From positions 90,330 through 154,329 of the forward strand of contig JAKIWO010000001.1 of assembly GCA_022749995.1 (NCBI GenBank): 64,000 nt of DNA, read 5' to 3'. A program made the translations under genes and the position numbers. Positions 19,465 through 26,629 of the stretch are shown piece by piece (the first letter of the stretch is position 1; each line of letters starts with the position of its first letter). The notes beneath the pieces were generated by a model. That model searched no databases, had not been told where the DNA came from, and worked only from the letters and a program-made list of their open reading frames with translations. The DNA comes from Thermoplasmata archaeon. Its GTDB lineage: Archaea > Thermoplasmatota > Thermoplasmata > Lutacidiplasmatales > UBA184.

Positions 19465-20603
19465 GCCGCCCTCTGTTCCCGGCGCAGGAGATCGGCTCCC
19501 TCGCTCGTCCCCGCTGGCAGCTGCTGGGACAACGGGGCGCAGCGCTGGACGACGCGGCGCGCCGGGAGCTCCGGCGGTGGAACGACCGGCTCGATTTCCT
19601 GCCGAAGACCGACGAGCGGCTCCAGCAGTTCCTCTCCTCCGGGGCCGGGGCGTTCCCGGCGGAGACCGTCCGGGAGTGGGGATCGCTCTTCGGTCTACGG
19701 TACCTGGAGGGGGTGGGCCTCGACCGGGTCTACGATGGCGAGGCCCGACGCGTCGAAATGTACGAGGCGGCCGTCCGCCACATGCGCGGCTTCACCTTCG
19801 AGGGTCACGTCCGGTCGTTTGACCAAAAGTACTACCGCAAGGCCGCGGCGAGCGGGCCGGTCGGTCTCGAGGCGCCCTACCACCTCGAGGAGTTCCGGTA
19901 CGCCAAGGAGCACGCCCGACGCGAGCTCAAGCTGCCGGTCACCGGGCCGTACACGATCGCCGACTGGTCGTTCAACGAATACTACCTGGGCCGACGACCC
20001 GGCTGGAAGCACCGGGCGGCCCGTCGGGAGGCGCAACGGGAGTTCGTGGAGGCGGTGGCGCGGGAGGCCATCCGGCCCACGCTCCAGGCGCTCGTCGCGG
20101 CCGGCTGCCGGGTCATCCAGGTCGACGAACCGGCCGCCGGGACCCATCCGGACGAGGCCGAGCTCGTCGCGGCGGGCTTCAACGCCGCCACCGAGGGGAT
20201 CGACGCCGAGTTCTCGATACACATCTGCTTCTCCGACTACCGATCGCTCTTCCCGGCGCTGCTCGAGGCCAAGCGGTGCCGGCAGTGGGCGCTCGAGTTC
20301 GCCAACCGGGACACCGACCACCACGACGCCTACGCCGAGCTGGCGATGCTCCGGGAGTACGGCGACGAACGGGAGGTGGGGCTGGGCGTGCTCGACGTGC
20401 ACCGCGATGCGGTGGAGCGTCCCGAGCAGGTCCGCGACCGGATCCTCCGCGCCTCCCGAGCGCTCGGGGACCCTGGGCGGATCTGGGTGAATCCCGACTG
20501 TGGGCTGCGCACCCGCAGCCTCGAGGTCGCCTGGGCGAAGCTCGAGAGCCTGGTCAGCGGCGCGCGACTTGCGCGCGAGAGTCTCGCCGGCTCCGCGGGC
20601 TAG
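19461..20603 (+). CDS. metE: Cobalamin-independent methionine synthase, catalytic (C-terminal-type) half
   Basis: Zn-ligand motifs IHICFSDY and WVNPDCGL, plus IQVDEPA. The ATG at 19461 overlaps the upstream stop (ATGA). Confidence 0.85.
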   Translation: MSRPLFPAQEIGSLARPRWQLLGQRGAALDDAARRELRRWNDRLDFLPKTDERLQQFLSSGAGAFPAETVREWGSLFGLRYLEGVGLDRVYDGEARRVEMYEAAVRHMRGFTFEGHVRSFDQKYYRKAAASGPVGLEAPYHLEEFRYAKEHARRELKLPVTGPYTIADWSFNEYYLGRRPGWKHRAARREAQREFVEAVAREAIRPTLQALVAAGCRVIQVDEPAAGTHPDEAELVAAGFNAATEGIDAEFSIHICFSDYRSLFPALLEAKRCRQWALEFANRDTDHHDAYAELAMLREYGDEREVGLGVLDVHRDAVERPEQVRDRILRASRALGDPGRIWVNPDCGLRTRSLEVAWAKLESLVSGARLARESLAGSAG

Positions 20604-21490
20604 TCCGTCAGCGCCGTGAGCAGCTCAGCGCCCTGCGGGCCGACGAGCACCGTGTGCTCCATCTGCGCCACGACGCCCCCGCCGGCTTCCTCGAAGACCG
20701 GATAGGTCTGCAACCAGCGACGCGCTCGCCGCAGCCGCTTCCGGTCCTCCTCGTCGTCCACCCAGCGGAGCGTGAACGGGAGCGTGCGGAACCGTGCGAA
20801 CAGCGCGGCGAGCCGGGGATCGCTCGGGCCGGGGTCCTCGCGAAAGCGTTGGATGTTGCCGAACGGGCCATTCGCGATACGACCGGCGCCGTTGGTGACG
20901 AACGGTTCGATGGCGACCACCTCCCCTTCCTCGAGGGTCACCGTGGAGAGGCCCCCGACGTTGGGGATGGACTTGCCGGCGTGCAGGAGGTACCGCTGGA
21001 TGGTGTGGCCGCTCAGATCCCGGATCGGCTTCAAGCCGTACCGGTGCGCGGCGGCTTCCACCGCGCTGCCGATTCGGTCCACGCTCACGCCCGGCTGGAC
21101 CTGAGCGATGCCGGCCCGGAGCGCCTCCTCCACGGCGCGGCGCAGGGTGGCGAACTTCTGGCCGCCCCCGACCTCGACCGTCGCCGCGGTGTCCGCTATC
21201 GCGCCGTCCAGGTGCGCCCCGACGTCGACCTTGAGCAAGTCACCGGCCTGCAGCACCTCCTCGTCCTCCCGCGACGGGGTGTAGTGGGCCGCCTCGACGT
21301 TCCGGGAGAGGTTGGCCGGGAACGCCGGCTCCGCGCCCTGGGACCGGATGAATCCCTCCACCCGGTCGGCGATCGCCCGGCGGGAAGCGCCGGGAACCGC
21401 GAGAGAGATCCCGAGCTCCCGGGCCTTCGCCGAGATGCGAGCGGCGGCGCGCCAACGATCCAAGTCGGGCGGATACGCCAGGGAGTTCAC
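20600..21490 (-). CDS. map: Methionine aminopeptidase, type 2 (archaeal)
   Basis: AFPANLS.N..AAHYTP, KVDVGAHLDGAIADTA, and a C-terminal HTVLV. Confidence 0.9.
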   Translation of the reverse strand: MNSLAYPPDLDRWRAAARISAKARELGISLAVPGASRRAIADRVEGFIRSQGAEPAFPANLSRNVEAAHYTPSREDEEVLQAGDLLKVDVGAHLDGAIADTAATVEVGGGQKFATLRRAVEEALRAGIAQVQPGVSVDRIGSAVEAAAHRYGLKPIRDLSGHTIQRYLLHAGKSIPNVGGLSTVTLEEGEVVAIEPFVTNGAGRIANGPFGNIQRFREDPGPSDPRLAALFARFRTLPFTLRWVDDEEDRKRLRRARRWLQTYPVFEEAGGGVVAQMEHTVLVGPQGAELLTALTD

Positions 21491-22047
21491 CGCCCCCGTG
21501 CGCGAACGCGAACACCGGTGAGGTCCACGATCTTCGAGGGCCGTCCGCTCGGGGGGGGTCCACCGCCCAGGTAGACGGCTACGGATCGGCCGAGCTGGGA
21601 CCGCACCCCGGCGAGGCTCGACGCTGTCGGTTCACCGTGTCGGTTCGCTGAAGTGGCCGTGATGGGGCCCGCGCGCCGGGCGAACTCCCTCGCGACGGGG
21701 TGGTCGGGAATCCGCACTCCGAGACATCCGGAGTTTGCGATGAGCCCGGAGAGTCGGTGCCGCGCACGCGACGAGGGGGGGAGCAACGCGGTCACCGGGC
21801 CCGGCACGTGGCGTCGCAGGAACGACCGGTGGGAGGGCAGGAGGTCTGCGAGCGGCTCGAGCTCCGCCCAGGAGCTGACCGCCACGGAGACCGGTTGCCC
21901 TGGGGGCCGGTGCTTCGCCCGGAAGAGCCGTCGGAGCGCCGACGGGTCATCGGCCCGTGCGGCGAGGCCATAGAGCGTGTCGGTGGGGTAGACCACCAGC
22001 TCTCCTTCCTCGAGGGCGCGGAGCGCCGCCTCCATCGCCGCGCCCAT
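21487..22047 (-). CDS. tsaC: L-threonylcarbamoyladenylate synthase (Sua5/YrdC/TsaC family)
   Basis: VVYPTDTLYGLAA ... RLFRAKHRPPGQPVSV ... GPITATSANRHGEP. The ORF was trimmed to the ATG at 22047. Confidence 0.85.
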   Translation of the reverse strand: MGAAMEAALRALEEGELVVYPTDTLYGLAARADDPSALRRLFRAKHRPPGQPVSVAVSSWAELEPLADLLPSHRSFLRRHVPGPVTALLPPSSRARHRLSGLIANSGCLGVRIPDHPVAREFARRAGPITATSANRHGEPTASSLAGVRSQLGRSVAVYLGGGPPPSGRPSKIVDLTGVRVRARGR

Positions 22048-22054
22048 GGTGCGC

Positions 22055-22513
22055 TTAGAGGAACTTCTCGTCCGAGCGAGTGTAGGCGAGGTAGTCCTCG
22101 GCGTGGAAGTACAGCCCGAGCTCCCGCTCGGCCGAGGCCGGTGAGTCCGACGCATGCAGGAGGTTGGGGGTGATCGCGAGGCCGAAATCACCCCGGACGG
22201 TGCCGGGCGCTGCTACCTGCGGATTGGTGGCACCGGTGAGCAGCCGGGTGACGGCGATGGCGCTGCGCCCTTCGAGCGCGAGGGCGAGCACCGGGCCCGA
22301 GGTAATGTGCTGCACGAGACCGGGGTAGAACGGTTTCCCCTCGTGCTCGGCGTAGTGACGGGCCGCTAGCTCCGGGGTCACTTGGACCAACCGAACCGCG
22401 ACGACCTTGAGCCCCTTGAGCTCGAACCGGTCGAGGATCTTCCCCATCAGCCCACGCTTGACCCCGTCCGGCTTCACCAGCACGAGCGTCCGCTCGAGGG
22501 TCCCTTCCGCCAT
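22055..22513 (-). CDS. ndk: Nucleoside diphosphate kinase
   Basis: ERTLVLVKPDGV ... YPGLV..ITSGPV ... TVRGDF ... NLLHASDS (active-site His). Confidence 0.95.
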   Translation of the reverse strand: MAEGTLERTLVLVKPDGVKRGLMGKILDRFELKGLKVVAVRLVQVTPELAARHYAEHEGKPFYPGLVQHITSGPVLALALEGRSAIAVTRLLTGATNPQVAAPGTVRGDFGLAITPNLLHASDSPASAERELGLYFHAEDYLAYTRSDEKFL

Positions 22514-22585
22514 GGGCTCGGAGTTGTTCCCGCCGACAAAACGTTACCGGGCGGAACTTTTCCCTCCGACCGACCTCCCTCCTCG

Positions 22586-23392
22586 ATGCCGGTCGCGGCG
22601 GTCGCCGCCCAGGGGTTCACGTCGGCCGTGGGGGCGTACGACCGTTCCCGACCGGGATACTCCGACGCCGTCGTGCAGCGCTTGTTCGGCGAGCTCGGGC
22701 TCTCCCGCAGCTCCCGCATTCTGGAGCTCGCCGCAGGTACGGGCAAGTTCACCCGCGCCCTGGTCGCTGCGGGTGTTCGTCCGATCGCGGTCGAACCGCT
22801 CCGGCGATTCTCCGCTCCGCTGCGCGCTAGCTTCCCCGGTGTGCCGCTGGTGGCGGCCCTCGCCGAGTCGCTGCCGTTCGCGGACCACCGGTTCGACGCC
22901 GTGATGGCGGCGCAGGCCTTCCACTGGTTCGATCCGGAACGCGCACTGTGCGAGATCCACCGAGTGCTGCGAGCGGACGGCGGCCTTGCCCTACTCTGGA
23001 ACCAGCGGGACGACGCGCACCCGCTCCACGCGAACATGAGCCGGCTGCTCGAGGAGGTCGATCCGGGAGTTCCCCGTCACCGGACGGGCCAATGGCGGAA
23101 GGCCCTCGAACGGTCGAGGGGCTTCTCGGCCCTCTCGGATTTCCGCATCCCGTTCGAGCTCGAGATGGATCTGGAGGGGGTCGTCGACCGCGTCGCCTCG
23201 GTCAGCTTCGTTGCCGCCCTGCCCGAGGAACGCCGGACCGCACTGCTCGCCCAGGTCCGGGAGGCCGGCCTCGAGGACCCGGAGCTTCGCCGTCGGGGAC
23301 GGGTCCGATTGCCCTACCAGACCGAAGTGTACTGGGCTCGGACACTCCCCGCGGACGGCTACGCCGCCCGGACATCGCAACCCCCGCGGTAG
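22586..23392 (+). CDS. Class I SAM-dependent methyltransferase
   Basis: Motif I ILELAAGTGKFT and the post-I/II pattern FDAVMAAQAFHWF. The ORF was trimmed to the ATG at 22586. Confidence 0.8.
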   Translation: MPVAAVAAQGFTSAVGAYDRSRPGYSDAVVQRLFGELGLSRSSRILELAAGTGKFTRALVAAGVRPIAVEPLRRFSAPLRASFPGVPLVAALAESLPFADHRFDAVMAAQAFHWFDPERALCEIHRVLRADGGLALLWNQRDDAHPLHANMSRLLEEVDPGVPRHRTGQWRKALERSRGFSALSDFRIPFELEMDLEGVVDRVASVSFVAALPEERRTALLAQVREAGLEDPELRRRGRVRLPYQTEVYWARTLPADGYAARTSQPPR

Positions 23393-23871
23393 CGACAGCG
23401 CCGGCAGCGGGCGGGACTCGGCCGCGCCCGGCCGTCGTACGGGGCCTCAATCCCTGCGCGGAGCGAGAGGAGCTCGCGCCGAGCCGACGCATCCCAGGGG
23501 AGGTCGACCACCGTCCCGTCCCCGTACCTGAGACGCCCGAACGGCGGCGCGCGTCCCAAGTTCTCCTCAAGGAGCAGGCAGTACGCCCAGAGCTGGATCC
23601 GATGGGACCAAGGAGGTCCGCCGCGCGGGAGGGGCCGGCTCTTCCACTCCACCGGGATCCATCGCCCGTCGGGCAGTTCGCGAAGTTCGTCGGGACGACC
23701 GGTCAGCCGGTACCGCTCCGAACGCAGGACGGGTCCGGGCGCGGAAGGCAAGTCCACCGAGCGCAATCGACCGGGTCCCCGCCGAGACCGTCGCGCGGCA
23801 ACGAGGAAGAGCAGCCACAGGGCGACGCCCATCAGGAGGAGCGCCAGCAGCTCGAGGTCGAGGGGGTTCAT
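23359..23871 (-). CDS. Cas4/RecB-family PD-(D/E)xK nuclease, C-terminal part, with an N-terminal TM helix
   Basis: TM helix LLALLLMGVALWLLFLVAA, then GRPDEL...DGRWIPVEWKS (D..ExK), the QxxxY-type IQLWAYCLLLEE, and the terminal Fe-S Cys triad CRRCRYRGGC. Confidence 0.75.
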   Translation of the reverse strand: MNPLDLELLALLLMGVALWLLFLVAARRSRRGPGRLRSVDLPSAPGPVLRSERYRLTGRPDELRELPDGRWIPVEWKSRPLPRGGPPWSHRIQLWAYCLLLEENLGRAPPFGRLRYGDGTVVDLPWDASARRELLSLRAGIEAPYDGRARPSPARCRRCRYRGGCDVRAA

Positions 23872-24146
23872 CGGATCCCTCCGAAGTACAGCAGCAACAC
23901 GGCCAGCAGGAGCAGCGCGAGCGCGACGCCCGCGAGGCCGGCTCCGCTGCGTTCCTCGACCACTCGGCGCGAGAGTTCGCGCGTATGGTAGGCCCGGCCG
24001 CGTACTTCCTGGGCCAGATCCTCCGGGGCCGTCGGGATCCCGGTCGGGTGGTCCCGGTAGTACCACGCCCGTTCGCAGAACGCGTACTCCGCGAGCTCGC
24101 TGGCACTCCTCCAGGCCGGCGCGCCCGGGCCTGGCCGGCGCGGCAC
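23868..24146 (-). CDS. Cas4/RecB-family nuclease, N-terminal part, with a C-terminal TM helix
   Basis: SASELAEYAFCERAWYY carries the first Fe-S Cys motif of the Cas4/DUF83 type. GRAYH follows, then the TM helix AGLAGVALALLLLAVLLLYF. The stop overlaps the next start (ATGA). Confidence 0.65.
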   Translation of the reverse strand: MPRRPGPGAPAWRSASELAEYAFCERAWYYRDHPTGIPTAPEDLAQEVRGRAYHTRELSRRVVEERSGAGLAGVALALLLLAVLLLYFGGIR

Positions 24147-24207
24147 CTGCGCGCGAGCCGAGCGAGGGAGCTTCTACTTTCGTGCGTGGCGGAACGCAGC
24201 CGACGAC

Positions 24208-24633
24208 CTAGGGGGGCGGGGAGGCAGCGCTCTCGGCCGAGGCTTTGCGCGGAGCTCGGGCGCGGGCCGGCTTCTTCGCAGGAACTGCCGGCACGGGCGT
24301 CGTGTCTGCCGGCGTGGCCGGCTCCGTAGCCGACTTAGATGCGGGGCTCGGTGGCGCCTTCGAGGCTGCCGCGGGTGCGGGCGTTCGGGGTGACTTGGAA
24401 GCAGACGCCGGGACCGCCGGCGCGGCACGGGCCTGGGCGTGAGCGGCGGCGCGCTTGACCGCGTGGGCGTGGGTCCACTTGATCCGGTGGCCCACCCGGC
24501 CCAGTACGACCTGCTGCTTGCGGCAGGAGGAGGAGCAGAAATTGTAGACCGACCCGTCCCGGCGGACGTACATGAGCCCCGTGCCGGGCTCGATCTCACC
24601 GGCGCAGAAGGAGCACTGTCGCTTGAGCACCAT
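24208..24633 (-). CDS. rpl24e: 50S ribosomal protein L24e with a roughly 75-aa Ala/Pro-rich C-terminal extension
   Basis: The zinc-ribbon core is CSFCAGEIEPGTG...NFCSSSC, followed by a low-complexity tail (AAPAVPASASKSPRTPAPAAASKAPPSPAS...). Confidence 0.9.
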   Translation of the reverse strand: MVLKRQCSFCAGEIEPGTGLMYVRRDGSVYNFCSSSCRKQQVVLGRVGHRIKWTHAHAVKRAAAHAQARAAPAVPASASKSPRTPAPAAASKAPPSPASKSATEPATPADTTPVPAVPAKKPARARAPRKASAESAASPPP

Positions 24634-24639
24634 AGTTGA

Positions 24640-24852
24640 CTACCGCACCGAGAGCTTTCGGGCCTCGCGCGCGGTCTCTCGCAGCAGCAGCACGTCCCCG
24701 ACCCGAATCGGGCCGGTGACGTTCCGGGTGATGATCTTGCCCCGATCGCGTCCCGCGAGGACGCGAACCTTGACCTGGGTGGCCTCCCCGGCCATCCCCG
24801 TTCGGCCGATGAGCTCGACGACCTCCGCCGGCGAGCCCTTCTCCTCGGCCAT
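24640..24852 (-). CDS. rps28e: 30S ribosomal protein S28e
   Basis: [25 protein letters not shown]...[22 protein letters not shown]. Confidence 0.95.
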   Translation of the reverse strand: MAEEKGSPAEVVELIGRTGMAGEATQVKVRVLAGRDRGKIITRNVTGPIRVGDVLLLRETAREARKLSVR

Positions 24853-24871
24853 GGACGGGTCCTCCGGGCGC

Positions 24872-25243
24872 CTAGGCCTTCAGCAGGCCGGCCGCCTGGG
24901 TGATCTCTTCGAGCAGTCCCTTGGCCTCGCCCGGCTCGACCACGGCGACGCTCGCTGCGCCCTTGGAGAGCCCGGCGGCCGCCCCGAGCCGCGCCTTCTT
25001 GGGGACGTAGACGTACGCGATGTGCTTCTCCTCGCAGAGCATCGGGATGTGCACGAGGATCTCCACCGGGTCCACGTCCTCGGCCATCACGACGAGCTTG
25101 GCCTCGCCCCGCTCGCTCGACTTCGTGACCTCGTTGGTGCCCACCCGGACCTTCCCGGTCTCCTGGGCCACTTGCACCAGCTGGAGGGCCTTGTCGGCGA
25201 GTTCGGCGGGAGTCTCGAACCGGATGTAGATCGCGCGCGCCAT
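24872..25243 (-). CDS. rpl7ae: 50S ribosomal protein L7Ae (K-turn binding)
   Basis: [46 protein letters not shown]. Confidence 0.95.
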   Translation of the reverse strand: MARAIYIRFETPAELADKALQLVQVAQETGKVRVGTNEVTKSSERGEAKLVVMAEDVDPVEILVHIPMLCEEKHIAYVYVPKKARLGAAAGLSKGAASVAVVEPGEAKGLLEEITQAAGLLKA

Positions 25244-25317
25244 CGTTTTCCTCGCGTCAGCGGGCCCCGTACGGGGTCCTCAGCTCACGGGTAGAGGGCG
25301 GCTAATGCCGTCGGTAT

Positions 25318-26388
25318 TTATCCTTGCGCAACCGCGCTCGTCGACGCGGCGAGCGCCGCGAGCGTCTCGGGATGCGCGCGGAAGTGCCGCTCGACCGGAG
25401 CCAGCACCCGCACGAGCATCTCGGCCACGGCGCCTTTGAGGTCGGCCGGGTGGAGCGCGCCGGTGCTCCAGGCCGCGAGGAACTCCTCCTCGGTGGGGTA
25501 GGCGACCGTGCCGCCGTGCTCCGAGGACCGCTCGACCGTCAGTGCGCCCTCGTAGGCAAAACCGACGGAGCGCGCGATCTCGACCACAGGGTTCCCCTCC
25601 ACCGTCTTCGACGGGCAGAACGCCCCACCGATCCGGGCGCGGATCTCGAGTTCTGGGGAGGGCAACAGGATGGCCGTGCGCGGGTCGGACTTGGACATCT
25701 TCCCCTCGAACTCTGGTCCGGCCGGATTCATCCGCGACCCGCCCGCGAGCGAGCTGATGAGCGGGGTGTGCACGGCGACCGGTAGCGACCAGCCGTGGGC
25801 GTGGGCCGTCTCACGGGCCAGGACGTGGGCCCGGCGCTGGTCGAGACCGGCGTAGGCGAGCTCGACGGGCAGTTCGAAGATGTCCGCCGCCTGCATCGCG
25901 GGGTAGAACAGCTTGGCCGTGTCGAGGCTGGCCTCCTCCTCGCTTCGGCCCAGGATGGCCATGGCCCGGCGGGTGCGGGCGAGCGACAGCCCCTTGGCGA
26001 TCCGGACCACCCGCGTCCAGTACTCCGTCGAACCGGTGAGCTCGTGGGCCCAGCGCACGCGCAGCCGGTCGGAGCTCACCCCGAGGGCGGCGAACGCTTC
26101 GACCATGTACTGGCCGGCGGCGGTGATCCGCTCCATCGAGCCGCCGAGCTTGTCGTTGATCCAGGCGTGCCAATCGGCCAAGAACAGCGTGAGCTCGCAG
26201 TCGGCGGCGAGCAGCTCCCGCATCTTGCGGGCGCAGACGAGGTGCCCGATCGTCAACTGGCCGGATGGCTCAAAGCCGATGTAGGCCCGCGGCCGCTCGT
26301 GGGTGGCGAACAGGCTCGATAGCTCGGGCTCGGTGAGCACTTCCACCGTCCCACGGCGCACCAGCTCTAGGCGTCGGGCGCTGTCCAC
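25318..26388 (-). CDS. tyrS: Tyrosine--tRNA ligase (archaeal type)
   Basis: YIGFEPSGQLTIGHL (HIGH region), KMSKS, and collinear similarity to the remembered M. jannaschii TyrRS (LADWHAWIN, FYPAMQAADI, EGNPVVEIA). Confidence 0.9.
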   Translation of the reverse strand: MDSARRLELVRRGTVEVLTEPELSSLFATHERPRAYIGFEPSGQLTIGHLVCARKMRELLAADCELTLFLADWHAWINDKLGGSMERITAAGQYMVEAFAALGVSSDRLRVRWAHELTGSTEYWTRVVRIAKGLSLARTRRAMAILGRSEEEASLDTAKLFYPAMQAADIFELPVELAYAGLDQRRAHVLARETAHAHGWSLPVAVHTPLISSLAGGSRMNPAGPEFEGKMSKSDPRTAILLPSPELEIRARIGGAFCPSKTVEGNPVVEIARSVGFAYEGALTVERSSEHGGTVAYPTEEEFLAAWSTGALHPADLKGAVAEMLVRVLAPVERHFRAHPETLAALAASTSAVAQG

Positions 26389-26594
26389 GTCTCTCCAGGG
26401 TCGCCCCGCCCTTAAAGCGCGACGGGAGGCGGCGGCATCGACACGAGTACGGCCCCGAAGGCGGTCGGAACGATCGTACGCAATCTATCTGCCATGAATG
26501 AACCCGGAAGGAGGGGTGAGGTGCCAACTCGTGGCCCAGAATCGCTAGAAATCTCGCCGGAGCGAAGATTCTCTCCACCGCCGACGTGCCGCAC

Positions 26595-26602
26595 GGTTTA
26601 AG
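26595..26602 (+). promoter_or_regulatory. TATA-like box GGTTTAAG
   Basis: It lies 28 nt upstream of the ATG at 26630. The same octamer occurs upstream of the 39809 ORF. Confidence 0.35.
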
Positions 26603-26629
26603 CCCCGAGGAGCGGTTTCTTCCGGGGAG

